A program made the position numbers and the translations under genes. 64,000 nucleotides of DNA from Azolla caroliniana (taxonomy: Eukaryota; Plantae; Polypodiophyta), in the NCBI GenBank assembly GCA_043228905.1, contig JBHGNT010000012.1:7688001-7752000 (forward strand), given 5' to 3'. A model generated the notes under the pieces. The model had not been told where the DNA came from and did not search any database. It worked only from the letters and a program-made list of their open reading frames with translations. Positions within the stretch are counted from its first letter, which is position 1; every line of letters begins with the position of its first letter. Below, one piece after another: positions 23,251 through 37,390 of the stretch.

Positions 23251-26211
23251 ACGATGTAGGCGGGTCTTCTCCAATCAGCCCATGCATCAGGCGATGGTAT
23301 TGCAGGAGATGTAGATGTGACGTTGTAGCCACACTAAAGAGCCAACACAATGGCCTCACGGGTGGAGCTAATGGAACAGAAAGACAACAATTAACCTTCA
23401 TCCAAAAATGGTTGTCCTCTCCCTTTCTTGAGTTAGTGGGCCTCCACATAAGATGAACCATAGTATGTAAAATCCGTGTTCGTCTAGCATAACATTCGTT
23501 TTCCTACGTTGGAAAGCGAATGTTATTCAAACATTCTTATGTTTTTTTTTGTTTTTCCCCCATTTTTTTAATGTTTTTTTTTGTTTTTTAGGCTTATTTA
23601 CCTCATAATAAATAGTTAATCCAAAAGTATGGTATTTATCATTCTTTGAGGGTGTTTATGGTACGTATGGTTCATATTATGGATGGAACTATTGCGTCCC
23701 TATTGGGATTTGTATATAACATTCTTATCTATAAATTTTAATAACTAATGGAATGAGTTTGTTTTTGGAAAAAAAAATAGTAATTTGTCAATGCATTTGC
23801 AATTAACATTCATTGCATCAAGGTTCTTATTAGCCCACATTCACTTATTTTGCATTACAGTTTCTTTTGCAACTTCTTTGATTTCCTTTTCACGTATGGT
23901 CAAAATGCACTTTATTGAAAGTGAGAATACACTCCATTTGACTGCTAAATGTGCTTTAAGGGACAAAAATATCAACTTAAAATGTTGGAATTAGAGATGA
24001 TGTGACACACAAATTTGTACAAGTTAATGGATTTTATTGCTTCAAAAGGTAATTTGTTATCACTTCAGTAATTACTTCGTGCTCCTTTGTTTATGGTGTG
24101 GGCTTCTTATTATTATGTGTTATTCTTCATATTTAATATGCTTAATTTTATGTCAATGCTCTACTCGTGTACAAAAGTGCATATATTCATTGAAACCATA
24201 AGGAATGGATTGTGTTTTGAATAATCAAATACAACTACGCATATAAGATGTAATGATAGGCATTTAGATAGACAACTCAAATTAGACATTTCATCTGAAA
24301 CTAACATCTCAACACACTAGTGCATGAAACCCCTCGTGTGATTGGTCAAAACCAAGTTGACAAGTACCTAGGATTGTCACATGTATGGAGAAATCTACCT
24401 ATGTCCAATTTTTTCCAACTTCTTCATACTTCTTATGCTTGAATGCTCCCAGTAAAGCTGATTGTTGCCCCTTTTGTACTTCATGATTTTGCCACTTTTC
24501 TCTAAACTACGAATATTTGCAATCATGATTAGCTTGGACTTCACACTTTTTTCGCATTTGTTGTCAATGATGAATGACGGTATCTTGTGTCAATTTACAT
24601 GACATTGATGATTTCCAATTAATTTGAACTATATCAAGGGCAATGGAAACGTGGACCAATGGATGTTTGTGTTAATGGCGGTAGTCATGAATATGGGCAA
24701 CCATATACTCCATTTCAACCACTTATCAAGAGATGGATGACCATACCATTTCATTCTAGTGGGGAAATGCCCTTCATTTAGCTACTCGAGCTTATGGTTA
24801 GATGTTGGTTATTCAACCGTTCTTGTTTCTATTCATTATCACATGATTCAATGTCCACAACCAACAATGGTAAGTTGCAGTCATAGAGATAAAACCTGTT
24901 GCAACCATGGTCTATGCCACTCCAACCATTGTATGTAATATGGGATGTTTACACTCAAACATGAAGGGGAGGGGGGGGGGCATTAATGTTGGGACATTTT
25001 TTTATTATAAAATTGCAATGTTAACCACCACAAAAAATGGGCAACACTATTTGTGGATCTTCACATTTTTGCATGTGGTATATTGTTGGAAGTTTTAAAA
25101 ATGTAGTGGTCCATGACTTTGGTGGAATTAAACTTCCAAATGTATCCAAATTGTAAATAGGAAGTTAGAGATAGATTGTTTCACATGCAAAATTTAAAGT
25201 GAGGCATTTTGGTGAGCATGATGAACAATTAAGAATTGGGATAGTGCCACAGGGACCATGTGACATTGTAATGGGAAGGCATACAATTCTAAATCCCATC
25301 TCGGCTCACCATATCATGTGCATTACATGACTAACACATATAGAAGAAAGAAGAAGCAAAAAATAGCACTAAGAGAGTCCAAGAGTGCTCATCGAGGATG
25401 GTAGGACTTGGAGTAGTTGGAGCGAAAGTCAAATTATGTTGTTTATCTCATACTTTATTGGGCACAAAGCCCTTGGAACATTATATTTGCCTCTTTGGAT
25501 TCCACTAGCTCATAGTCTACAAGGAACACAAATTTGACCTTGAACTTTGGGTCTTGAGTTCAAATAACATCATTATACTTTTTAACATGTTTCTTACACC
25601 ATATACACTTCACCCAAACTATAGGCCATGTTGTTGAGTCAAACTACAGACTAATAACTTCATGGTACATTGGTTCTCCTAAACTACATGCCATGCCAAT
25701 GATGCCAATGCAGTGGGCTAAATGTTCGATGGCCTCATCGTGTATATATCGCTTATCCCAAACTATATGCTGCATTAGTGTATTGGGTTAGCAATCTACA
25801 AACTCGTCATATATATAGCATCAACTCAACCAACGTGTCGTGTTAACGTATTGGGCGAGGTCTCAGTCCTAAATAGCACTTCTCATACACATGACCACAC
25901 AAAAAAAAAGTTGCAGGTTGTTGGATTGAATGAATGACTGATGGTATCCACCAAGAGGTGCGAGTGGTGTATCGCTTCTCTTGCTCAACCAAACTTATAA
26001 CGAAAGCCATCCGTGTGGCTATGCTACATATTGAATGGGCTGCCGAAGGTGGTGCAGTCGAGCATCTCCTCTCTCGTGGATGTGGGTGCCGAGTTTGTAT
26101 ATCGGACAGGAAAATCGGCATATCATCAATCGAAATGACCTGGGGACATGCCGCACGGTCATCACGGAGCATCGCGGGCGGCCCACCAACACATTTGTTT
26201 ACTCCATCAGT

Positions 26212-26310
26212 GAAGAAGAAGAAGAAGAAGAAGAAGAAGAAGAAGAAGAAGAAGAAGAGGATTAGGGTTTTGTTGGGTGCTCTTTTGCTTCTTACACACA
26301 CACACACACA

Positions 26311-26374
<64 letters not shown>

Positions 26375-26390
26375 CTCTCTCTCTCTCTCT
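26212..26390. repeat. (GAA)15, telo-box and (AC)n/(CT)n microsatellite cluster at the UAP56 promoter/5' UTR
   Basis: Read directly from the sequence; TAGGGTTT at 26263-26270. Confidence 0.9.
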
Positions 26391-26596
26391 GTGTCTCTGT
26401 GTCTCTGTTTCTGCTCTTTTGCGTTCTGTTCTGTTCTCTCTCTCTCCCTTCCTTTCCTGCTTTGCTTGCCTTCCTCTTCTGCGCGCGCTTAGGGCGGAGA
26501 GATCTGTTGAGGCGGATCTTCTTCTCTCTGTCCGGCCCGACGCCATACACTCGACGCCTCCCCGTCAGCCCTTGCGTTTTCGACAAACAGGCCCAG
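26391..26596 (+). other. probable non-coding first exon (5' UTR) of UAP56
   Basis: CT-rich, GC-richer stretch ending in CAG|GTCAGT (donor at 26597). Matching acceptor ttgttcag at 28060, 10 nt before the ATG. TSS not determinable. Confidence 0.55.
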
Positions 26597-28070
26597 GTCA
26601 GTCTCCACCTCTTTCTCCTGCTCTTCGCTCATGTCATTCTAGCTTTCCACAGTAGGGTTTTGCAGTGGTATTTGGGGTTTTCAATAGTGTCAGGGATTTT
26701 TACGTGGGGCGTAGGATTTTATGGTGGAGTTGGACTTGAACTTTACAGTGAATTTTAGGTTCTCACATTGGAGCTCTAGTGGGTTTTAGGATGGAGTTAG
26801 GGTTATGGAATTCGAGTTTTATAGTGAAGTTAAGGTTTTACTGTGATTGAAGACTCTGCAATCGATTTAAGGGTTTACAATCTAATTAGGGTCTACTGTA
26901 ACTTTCAGTTTTACAGTGGATTTAGGTTTTTGAATTGGAATTATGGGGTTACAGTGGCATTAATGTCTTGCCTGTGGAATTAGGATTCACACTGAATTTA
27001 AGAACTTAACAGTGTACTAGTAGTGAACATATAAAAGGTTTTGCAATGAACATAGTTTTTCACTGGAACGTTATGGTTTCACATTCGTCAAGGTTTCATA
27101 GTGCATTGAGGGTTTTTACAGAACATCTAGGGTATTTTGCAGAGTAGTTAGGGCAGTAGAGTCGATGTTTCTACAATGCGGTTAGGGTTTTGACTTGGAG
27201 TCAGGTTTCGTACTGTGGATTTATTGTGCTACTGGAATTAAGTTTAACAATACAGTATTAGAATTTTTGCTATGGATTTTTGCTTCTGAAGGGGTATTAG
27301 AGTTTTACTGGGATAAGGTTTGGCAGCAGGGTTAGGCTTACTACTGGAAGTAGGAATCAAATTTTTTTTCATCTGATATTGATTATAAGCTCTTTCTCTG
27401 TGTATACTATCTGCTGAAAGGAAAACGTATTTGCCCACATATTTCGGAACCTTTGATTTCTAGTTTAGCGTGGCAGGTTTTACAGGGAAGATGAAATTAG
27501 GTTTTTAATGGTGGATCCTTTTTTTCACTTCATTTTTATTTTGGATTCTGTCCTTTGCCCTCATTATTTGCAGTAGAATTATGCTTTCACATGGAATTAA
27601 GATTTTATTCTGGGGTTTACTGTTTTTCACTTGATATCACTTGGTACCTTTTGTAAGTTCCTAAGTTTGGCGGTCTTCTTTCCCAGCAGACTTCAAAATT
27701 TGACGCGAGTTTTAGGATTCTTACAATAGTAGGATTTTGTTGTGCAATTAGTGTTTTTACACTTATTTTGATTGTGATTTCTTTCTCTGCAAGGAATTTG
27801 CTCCTTAGCCTCATTGTTTTTATTCCCTGATTTGTTTGTTTAAATCGGTGTCCTTAGTGAAGTTCAAGTTTTATACTAAGTTAAGGGTTTTTATAATGGA
27901 ATTAAGATTTTACAGTGGAGTTAGGGACGTTTTACTTGATTTCCTGACAAGGTTCTTCCCTCTGCCAAAAAGACGCCAAAGATTTACTCTCATTATTTTG
28001 AATTCTTTTTAATGTGCTACGCGAAGACTGGTTTCCTGAATTGTGTGGTTCCTTGTTCAGGTTTAGAAGA

Positions 28071-31000
28071 ATGGGAGACATGAAGGATGGCGATACCTAT
28101 CAAGAGGAGCTCCTTGACTATGAAGAAGAAGAAGAAGCTGCCCCTGATGCAGTCACGGCAAAAGCAAATGGAGGCAAAAAGTAAGTCATGGAGTCCTACG
28201 CCTAACAAACTTTCAACCTCACAAATTCTCAAGTATAAAATCATTATCAAAGCCTTGCTCTAGATGGTCAAAGTGATGTTAAAGCTACTTCCAACCGATC
28301 AAGCTTAATCTAAAGTAAGCCAATCCACTTCAATCCAACCGAGGGATAAGCTAAAGTAAACTAAGTTACTCCGTTCCAAGCAACATCTAAGCTAAAGTAA
28401 GCTAATCTACTTCAGTACATTCATGGTTAACCTAACCTAACCTAAACCTCTTCAATCCAATCAAAGGTTAAGTTAAAGTAATGTCATTGTTCTCGGCCGT
28501 TTGCCTTTGATGTGGTTCTGCTTGATTCATCTCTCGATCTTCTTAGTATAAATTATTGCAGTTCAGCAATCCACTTATGGAGATGCAATATAATTAGGAA
28601 ACTGAAGAGATTTTCAACTATTTCGAGGGCACTCTTTAAGAACAAAATCTCTATGGCTTATGCCCGGCGTATTATTCAATGTGCTCAGAAGTTATCGTGG
28701 TTTTTCTAGATCTTATAAATATAGTAGAAGATTATGTTTTCTATTTCCATAGTATCATGGGTTCCCATATAGGAGTTTGTAGTTTTACAGCTTATCAATT
28801 TCAGCTCAGCAAGAGGATAACAGTCCGAAAAGTAGATTATGTACTTTCTCTCAAATGTTGGGTGGTTATGGTCAACCTTGAGAATTTTATGTTTAAGGTT
28901 GGAATGCAAATAATCTACCTTACTTTGAATAACCTAAGCTGGTCAGCTTCCATGGGTAGTATTGATTTGCTGGAGTCACTTCTGCTATTTTCTGCTCGTG
29001 GTTATCTCATTGTCTGGATTTAAGCAGTGTGCTAAAGGGAATAAATACTCATGATTAAGGTGTACGAGGCAAAACCATGGTCTAACATTGTATCTGTTAA
29101 GAAATGTAGTGGGAACACATGCTGGATATGGGAAATAAGTAGTTTAATGATTGTTAGTATGTGCTTGTGATATGATGTTTGGATTTTCTTTGAAAAATGC
29201 AGTAACCATTATGGTTGCGGAAATCAGGGAAGTGATGGGGAAGTGATGTAACTATATCCTAATTATGAAGTCATGTGTAGGGGGGTGTTTAACTCATCAC
29301 ACGTTTCACATCCCTTCTTTTTTATTATTGAACATGCCAGAAAATCTTCAGAAGGGAAGTTTCAAAAGTGATCTAGGTTTTATATTCATGCTTAATTTTG
29401 TTATTGTTGGTCAATAAACACCTGCTTGTTGGTTGTGGGCAGTCTTTACAGTTCTTATCTTTGAGCTGTTTCTGAATTACTGAAGTCATGTGTGTGTGTG
29501 TGTGTGGTGGGTCAACTCATTACATGTTTCACATTTCTTCTTTCTAATATGGAACTTGCCAGAAAATCTTCTAAAGTGAAAGGTTTTATATACATGCTTA
29601 ATTTTGTTATTGTGGGTAGATAAACTCCTGGTTTTTGGTTGTGGGCAGTCCATACAGCTCTTATCTTTTAGCTGTATCCTAATTGCTGAAGTCATGTGAG
29701 TGTGTGTGTGGGGGATTCATTACTTGTTTCACATTTCTTCTTTATATTATGCAAGTTGCCAGAAAATCTTCTGAAGTTAAGTTTCAAAGTTATCCACGTT
29801 TCATAAATGTGCTTAATTTTGTTATTGTGGGTAGATAAACACCTGCTTTTTGGTTGTGGGCATTCTATGCAGCTCTTTTCTTTTTAAAAAGTTGAATGCA
29901 TGGAGCTGTATATCACAAGGAGATATACTGCAATAAGTGCTTGTGGAATTACAATTCTAATTATGTCTTTGTGCAGAGGATATGTTGGTATACATAGTTC
30001 AGGTTTTAGGGACTTCCTACTGAAACCTGAGTTACTACGGGCTATAGTTGACTCTGGATTTGAACACCCATCTGAAGGTAACTTGTCTATTGTACCTACC
30101 AGCCTCTATTTATCCATCACCTGAAGGTGACAATGTTAAATTGTGTTCATGGCCCAGTTCAACATGAATGTATTCCTCAAGCGATATTGGGAATGGATGT
30201 TATCTGCCAAGCAAAGTCAGGAATGGGGAAAACTGCAGTATTTGTGCTATCAACACTTCAACAGATTGAACCTGTTAGTGGTCAAGTCGCCGCGCTTGTG
30301 CTTTGTCATACTCGTGAATTGGCATACCAGGTAAATACACTATGTTTATACTTTTAAGCAGGAGAAAACTATGAAATACCCTGGGTATTTGGGGACATAC
30401 TGATAACGTAGTGAAATTTGGAGAAATAAAGAAAAGCTTAGGGCTATAATTTATTTCAGATTTTTTCTGTTTTAAGTATTTCTTGGATTTTTTTGTGTTC
30501 TCATTTTTGTTTTTGTACTTGCTTCACACCTGTTAACGCTATTGTTTTTTGAAATTTGAGTATTATGGCAGTTTTACTAATGCTTAAGTGTGTGCTCTTG
30601 TTTCATTTTTTACCTTTGCTTTTGTTCTTGCAGATCTGCCATGAATTTGAGAGATTCAGCACTTATCTTCCAGATATCAAAGTATCTGTGTTCTATGGAG
30701 GTGTAAATATTAAAACTCATAAAGATCTTTTGAAAAATGAGTGTCCACATGTAGTGGTTGGAACACCTGGAAGAATCCTAGGTTTGGCGAGAGACAAAGA
30801 TTTGAACTTAAAAAGTGTGAGGCATTTTATCCTTGATGAGTGTGACAAGATGCTCGATTCTCTTGGTAAGTGGTCATGGCACTAATAGTATTTGTTTAAT
30901 GTTCTGATTTATTGTTTGAAGTGTGATCTTATAATTTTCCTTTGATTTCTGCCTATGGTTTCAGACATGCGGAAGGATGTGCAAGAAATCTTCAAACTAA

Positions 31001-32819
31001 CTCCACATGACAAGCAAGTAATGATGTTTTCAGCAACCTTGAGCAAAGAAATTCGTCCAGTTTGCAAGCGGTTTATGCAAGATGTAAGGACCTCCCTAAC
31101 TTCTAGCTTGTGTATTTTAGTCTGGTATGATTATGCAAAGAAATAAATATTTGGGTTGTATTTATTGATAGTTAACCCAAGGTACATCGTTATTGGCTGA
31201 TATGTTTGTTATTATTACATTACAGCCGATGGAGATCTATGTGGATGATGAGGCAAAGCTGACTTTGCATGGTCTTGTGCAGGTTTGTCTTTCTTTTGTG
31301 ATTGCTTCTCCCCATAATGATCACATCTGAATGGCTGTTTTAAGCTTATTTTGTAAAGTTTGAATCCTAATTATGAGATTGCATTTTTTTAATCAGCATT
31401 ATATTAAGCTGAGTGAGAAAGAGAAAAACCGAAAACTAAACGATCTCTTGGATGCACTGGACTTCAATCAAGTGGTGATATTTGTGAAGAGTGTTAGTAG
31501 GGCTGCTGAGCTAAATAAGCTTCTTGTGGAATGCAATTTCCCCTCAATTTGCATTCATTCCGGCATGTCACAAGAAGAAAGGTTCTGTACTATTTCTCCA
31601 TTTCTTCCTATATTGAGAAGTTTTAAGCAAGATACATGTCTCCATACAGTCTAGTATCATTATGAATTAAAAATACTAAATATTATGAGTGATACTTACC
31701 CTAAAATTAACATTTAGGAATGACATTGAAATGCAAAGTTTTTCTGTCAATGTGAAGGAAATAGAGTTTTGATTGGTTACTACATGCTCAATTAAAAAAA
31801 TTTAACATATAGATATTAACCTGAGGTAGGATGCGGCTCTAAGGACATGCGAGAATATTTGATCCTTGCTGACTTAGTAAATTAAATGATCCAAATTTGT
31901 ATATGTCTTCCAGGTTAACACGATACAAAGGTTTCAAGGAAGGACACAAGAGAATATTGGTTGCAACTGACTTGGTAGGCAGAGGTATAGATATTGAGAG
32001 AGTGAACATTGTCATCAACTATGATATGCCTGAAACGGCTGATTCATATCTTCATAGGGTAAGTGTATATTTCCATTGTACACATTTGAGTTTCTTAATG
32101 ACACTAGTATGTTTTGTCATTCTTGTGATTGTACACGTATTCATATTCATATGGTGAGAGTTCACCTCCATGATATGCATTTTGTGATCTTAATTCTACG
32201 ATAGTTATCTTAATTTTTATGGTCATATATTTTTATTACAGGTTGGAAGAGCTGGTCGATTTGGTACTAAAGGCTTGGGGATAACATTTGTAGCTTCTAC
32301 CGAAGATTCAAATGTGCTCAACCAGGTAAACTTACCTCTTCTGAATTGAAATATTACTACAATAGAAGGGAAAGTATTATTGATGGGCCAAACGTGTAGT
32401 AATGGTGCCAAAAACATTGGTTCATGCTCAGGTGCAAGAGAGGTTTGAAGTTGATATTAAAGAGTTACCGGAGCAAATCGATACATCCACATATAGTAAG
32501 CTGAACAATCTCTTTACTATGTCAAGTTTTTGACAATCGTTTCGTTTTTCTTTCTCTGATCTTAATGTTTCTTTGAAGGGGGGTGATTGGGATTTGAATT
32601 CCTGATCTATGGGCCTATAGCCCTTATTGGCAAAAAAATTAGGCCTATATCTCTTGGCACTGTAATTTTTATTGATGTCTTTTAGTGTTATTCAATGATT
32701 CCTAATGTTATCTAAGATAAGATATTGGAGAATCAATAATTATTTTTGTTAAATGTTCTTTTAGTATATTGGCTAATGCTAAATCAATTTTGATTGGACA
32801 TCATGCAGTGCCTTCATGA
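28071..32819 (+). CDS. UAP56: DEAD/DECD-box ATP-dependent RNA helicase UAP56 (RH15/RH56, Sub2/DDX39B orthologue; splicing and mRNA export), 426 aa
   Basis: Coding exons 28071-28180, 29977-30077, 30158-30330, 30634-30865, 30965-31083, 31226-31282, 31397-31581, 31914-32058, 32242-32325, 32432-32495, 32809-32819. All introns are GT-AG and the total is 1281 nt in frame. Motifs [44 protein letters not shown]; C-terminus IDTSTYMPS. Confidence 0.97.
29267..29880. repeat. ~210-bp tandem triplication in a UAP56 intron
   Basis: gaagtcatgtg...gccagaaaatcttc...gcttaattttgttattgt...ggttgtgggca recurs at ~29267, ~29482 and ~29688. Confidence 0.85.
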
Positions 32820-35072
32820 GAAATGTTTACAACATGATACAGATACACTGCCTTCGAAACGATGATGAATCAGTATCTCTAAACCAGCAATGAATGGTAG
32901 TAGTAACATTTTGTTTCACTTATGGACAATGTGGCTTGGTTTCACATGCATTTTGCTGGTCAGAATTGAAATGTATACCATTTGGGAAATCATTAGCAAG
33001 CTTGTTATGGAAATTGGCCCATGTTTTTTCTTTAACTAGTTAGAAAAGTCGAAGATTGCTTTGTATAACTCTTTTTTTAAATCTTAGCAGGATATTATAC
33101 GAAGCTCTTCTTCCATTTAACTATAGTTGATGTTTTTGAATAGCTCGGAACTTAGGCAGAGCCTTACACTTCAACGTTCAAACTTGGGCAAAAAGATGTT
33201 AAACGCAAGTGTATGCAAAGCAGTCTGTATTTTGTTGCATGTAACTGATCTTTGTAGGCTTACCTATTGGTATAATTTACTTGTTTGTTGAAGCCGTGGA
33301 TGTATATTAATGATATGAAAGTGAAACAAGCAGATGTTATATCAGAATTTGTTGTTTTCATATCTACTTTAAAGGACATTGTGAAGATGTTAATATTTCA
33401 CAAATGCCATTGAACAGTCGATTGCTTGTTTGCACGCACTTTATAATAGAGTATAGGTCATTTGACGTTTTGTGTATCCAAGTGCTTACTGCAATGCGTA
33501 GTTTTGTGCTAATCATGTAAGTATATGAGTAGCTTCACAAGTGATGGGGAGATGAGATCTGTTAACAAGAATGAAAGATGAAGTTATACATAAAAACCTG
33601 CGAAGTGCTTTTAGTGGTTGAGCTTGCCAAGGCCTGCGGATGCTGGAAGAATCTTATTTAAACTTATTCTAATAAGAAATTTATCCAGCTTGTGTGATCG
33701 TCTTATCTGCTCCTTTGTCTGTTGAAATTGATAGGTATGGCCAGAAACTGTTAGCCATTGACTCAATGTCACTCCTTTGCTCTTGTTAGCTGAGGACAGG
33801 AATAATAAGCAGCTATTGCTTATCCAAAAGTCTTGCCTGACGCCTTATGTATTTGCGTCCTTTTAAATAATATACCCTTGTTATTTTTTATGGATCTTCA
33901 TGCAAAATTTACAGATTGACAAAAACATTGCCATTTTTGCTGGTTGCAATGTTGGTACCTTATGCTGGTTATGACATTAGCTTAATCAGTGGCTAAGGTA
34001 TACCTCACTTTTTTCTCCCTGTGTTATGTTTAACAAATAAACTGATCTTACAAATCATTGTTGATCGATAGATGGTAATTAAATCATTGTTGATTGTATC
34101 CTTGTAAAATTTTAATTTTCTTTCTTTCTTTGCTTCTTATTTTGTCAACCTCATTGTCTCATCCCACTTTTGCCCCGATCTTTTCAAAGTTGACTCTTTG
34201 CCAAACTGGTTTGATCTTCAAGCTATTGCATTAGATTGAATGGTGTAGTATGTTCTTAAAAGTTGGTTGAATTACCAGTTTTCTAGTATACACGCAAATA
34301 TGCTATGTTTTTTTAAGAACATTTTGATGAGTGCAAGGATAAGGTCTGTATGTATGATGCTTGTAACAATGTTCGACTTGCAACGTAACTCAAGAGGCAA
34401 TTTGTGAGTAGGAAAGTCTAAGAAACAACTACTTGAAATTCATATTTCTCTTGGATAACATATTTTCAAGATATTTTGTTAGTATGATAAGCTTAGCAAC
34501 CTAAGAAGTTGGTTACATGCCCTTTTCAGGGTGGGGTAAAGTTGCAACTTCATATTGGGGAACATGGTTACAATGAATTTGAGGTCACTATCTGGTGAAT
34601 GTTTCTTGGATAACAAACTAAAATTGTTGAGAGTATATTAGAACTAAAATTTCCAGTCTACATTAGTATGTCAAGAACCTCGAAATTCATATTTATTTCT
34701 AAACAGGGTGTTTACAATGTGAAGGATCTATTGATAGATGATGCTTGTTTATCCCAACCAATGTGGGAGCAAGTATACATGTCCCCCACAAAGAGAAATT
34801 TGGTACAAAATAATGGATTTGGTCCATGATTGGATACCTTTTCCGTCACTAGAGACAATTATTTACAACATTGGAATGTGGGTATTGGCTCCAAACTCTC
34901 TACCAATGAATCAAATTAGAACAAGGGTATACTAGTTGCTTCTTCTTGCTCCATGCATAGCTAAACCATACTCTTGGTGGAAAATTTGCCTAATAATAAT
35001 ATGGCACATTGCTTTGCCATTAAAAGAGAGGTTATTCTTATGGTCTTGCTTACTTGGAGGTTATAGTAGTAG

Positions 35073-35322
35073 TAGGAATTGTCAACAATTCAGTTTCGGC
35101 TTAACCAATTTGGCCTTGTCCAAACCAAACAGGTTGAGGAACCTTAACCGGTTGGGGAGTTTTCAAACTTGAACCGAACATGTTCCTAAACTACTTTATC
35201 CAAACCGATTAAGCCTTAACCAGGTAAGGAAGCCCAAGCTTGAACCAATGTGAACCACCAAATTGTTCTAAAACAATTTACCGGTTTGGTTTAGGCTTGA
35301 GCTGAGCCGTTGTGGATTCCTA
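35073..35322. mobile_element. hAT-type MITE (250 bp)
   Basis: Termini TAGGAAT../..ATTCCTA, degenerate 8-bp TSD agtagtag/actaatag, internal aaccg/cggtt motifs. Confidence 0.6.
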
Positions 35323-36499
35323 ACTAATAGGGATAAGCATCCAACAAAGATACATTGCCTTTGCAAAATGAAAGAAATACAAAATTGGTTAAGGACTTGT
35401 TTAGGTATTACCACAAAAGTAACACTTCTGTGGGAGGGTTAAGACACCTTTGTAGTCATTTTCCAAGGTGTCATTTTGGAAAGAACATTTAGATATTTGG
35501 TGTCCTTCCTAGAGCTATTGCAAAGATGTTGCTAAGACTCTGTAAATGAACCAAAACTCTCTTATTTAAGATTCAACCACTTCAAAAATGTAAGCCCATT
35601 TGCGCTTTCAAGTGATCACGATGCCATCCCAATAAACTAAGGTGAAGATTCGAGGAAATCTTGAAAAATATCATTTGCCATATGTTGAAAAATGATTACT
35701 GCATAGATAAGATTGAAATGCACAATTGTGTACTCAAAAAGTTTTATAATGAGTGTGAAAAGTATTCTATATCTTTTACCAAAGGAAAACTTCAGGTATT
35801 ATGCATATTATGGGTTGTCATTATGTGGTCATCATTATATGGTCGAGTCATAGGGATAAGTGGCCAAAGTCTTTGGATATAGATAGGTTAAGGAAGGTTA
35901 ACAAAGGTGAAGTTCCATCTTGGCATTAGTGAATGACAATTAGTGAACCCTACTTCATTTTCTGTTTTTTCCCTCTTGCCGATACTCATCATTTTCGTAA
36001 TCAACTTACTTATTGTTATGTTGAATCATAATAATCGGATTAGTTCTTATTCTCTTCCCAGGACGATCCAATCCGGGTGATGGAGGAGAATTGTATTACA
36101 TTCACTCTCTAAAGTTTCCACATAGACAACTCACTCATTCACTCTTTTTTTTTGAGTGTTTTTGGTCACACTCTTTATGTGTGTGAATGGCCTTTGGACA
36201 TCCAAACACCAAGAAGATTCAATGAGCTGAAGAAGTGAAGTGTAAATTGAAAGAACTAACCAAGTAAACTCTCCCATAAAGAAAAGGAAAGTACATGAAG
36301 CACCTCCATCTGTAAATCAGTATTGAAGTCAATGCTTAAGGAATTTCATAGCTTACAACATAATAGACAAAGAAATAGCATTACCATGCAGCATACCATA
36401 AAAGCCTAACAGATGAGATATAAAAGGACATAATCCAGAACAAAATCAGAGGCTTTCCCCACTCTATACATGTCTCTGGTCAGACTTTGGTAATCATTT

Positions 36500-36780
36500 C
36501 CACAAGCTACTTTTCCTTAGAAACATTAGCCATTTGATTGAAGCCCACAAAACATCATAAAGCTACTTTTCCTTGAAAACATTAGTTATTAGATTCAAGC
36601 CCACAGACCATCCACAAGCTACTTTTCCTTTGAAACATTAGATATTTGATTCAAGCCTACAGAACATCCACAAGCTACTTTAACTTGAAATATTAGCTAT
36701 TTGATTCAAGCCTAAAGAACAACCAAAAGAGCTACTTTTCGTTAGAAACATTAGCTATTTGATTCAAGCCCACGGAACAA
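36500..36780. repeat. 56-bp minisatellite x5
   Basis: aagctactttt starts at 36504, 36560, 36616, 36672 and ~36729. Confidence 0.92.
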
Positions 36781-37004
36781 CCTTTCCCAACCATTTATGT
36801 GCTAAGTACCAAATTATAAAACAAAGGATGCATAGATAGTAGAATTGGTCCGTAATAGGTATAAAAGTTTAACTCCTCAAGTATGTGAGTGTATTGGGCT
36901 ACAATTGGTGACGTAGTAAGTGAACCTTGTAAAATGTATTTTGTTAATTTTGCACATAGAGTTATTGTTAGTAATGAAATTACTAAGTCCATTTTACATA
37001 TATG

Positions 37005-37390
37005 TAGAAATGGCCACGGTTTCGGCTCAAACCGAACCAAACCGTTAGTTTCGGTTGATTGGTTCCAAAAAAATAATTAATGGTTTGGTTTGGTTTAGAT
37101 TTTCGATAAACGGTTCGGTTTCAGTTCGGTTTGGTTCTAAAACTCGGGTTTATAGGCTTATAGGTTTGGTTTCAAGGTTTATAGGTTTTTGGTTAACTTT
37201 TTTTTTACCTTAATAGTTTATTAATTTAATGGTTTTTTATTGATTTAATAAATTTAACTTAAATGCTTATTTAATTAAATGTATTTTTGTTTATTTAAAT
37301 ATTTAATTAGTTTGACTTAAATGGTTAGGTTTAAAATTTTTATTAAATGGTTCGATTTGGTTTCAACTTTTCCCTAAACGGTTTGGTTTA
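37005..37390. mobile_element. hAT-like non-autonomous element end (AACCG/CGGTT subterminal repeats), interrupted by an LTR
   Basis: Starts tagaaatggccacgg, followed by dense aaaccgaacc/ggttcggttt motifs and an AT-rich interior. Confidence 0.5.

Noticed and set aside
23480-25850. Possible DNA-transposon or gene remnants upstream of UAP56
   Set aside because: No motif, TIR or TSD that I could support.
25843-26758. 247-aa and 274-aa ORFs with poly-K/F/TH/SL runs
   Set aside because: Translations of microsatellites in the UAP56 promoter and 5' UTR.
35640-36130. Possible exon fragments with splice-like sites
   Set aside because: The translations match no family I recognise and contain stops.
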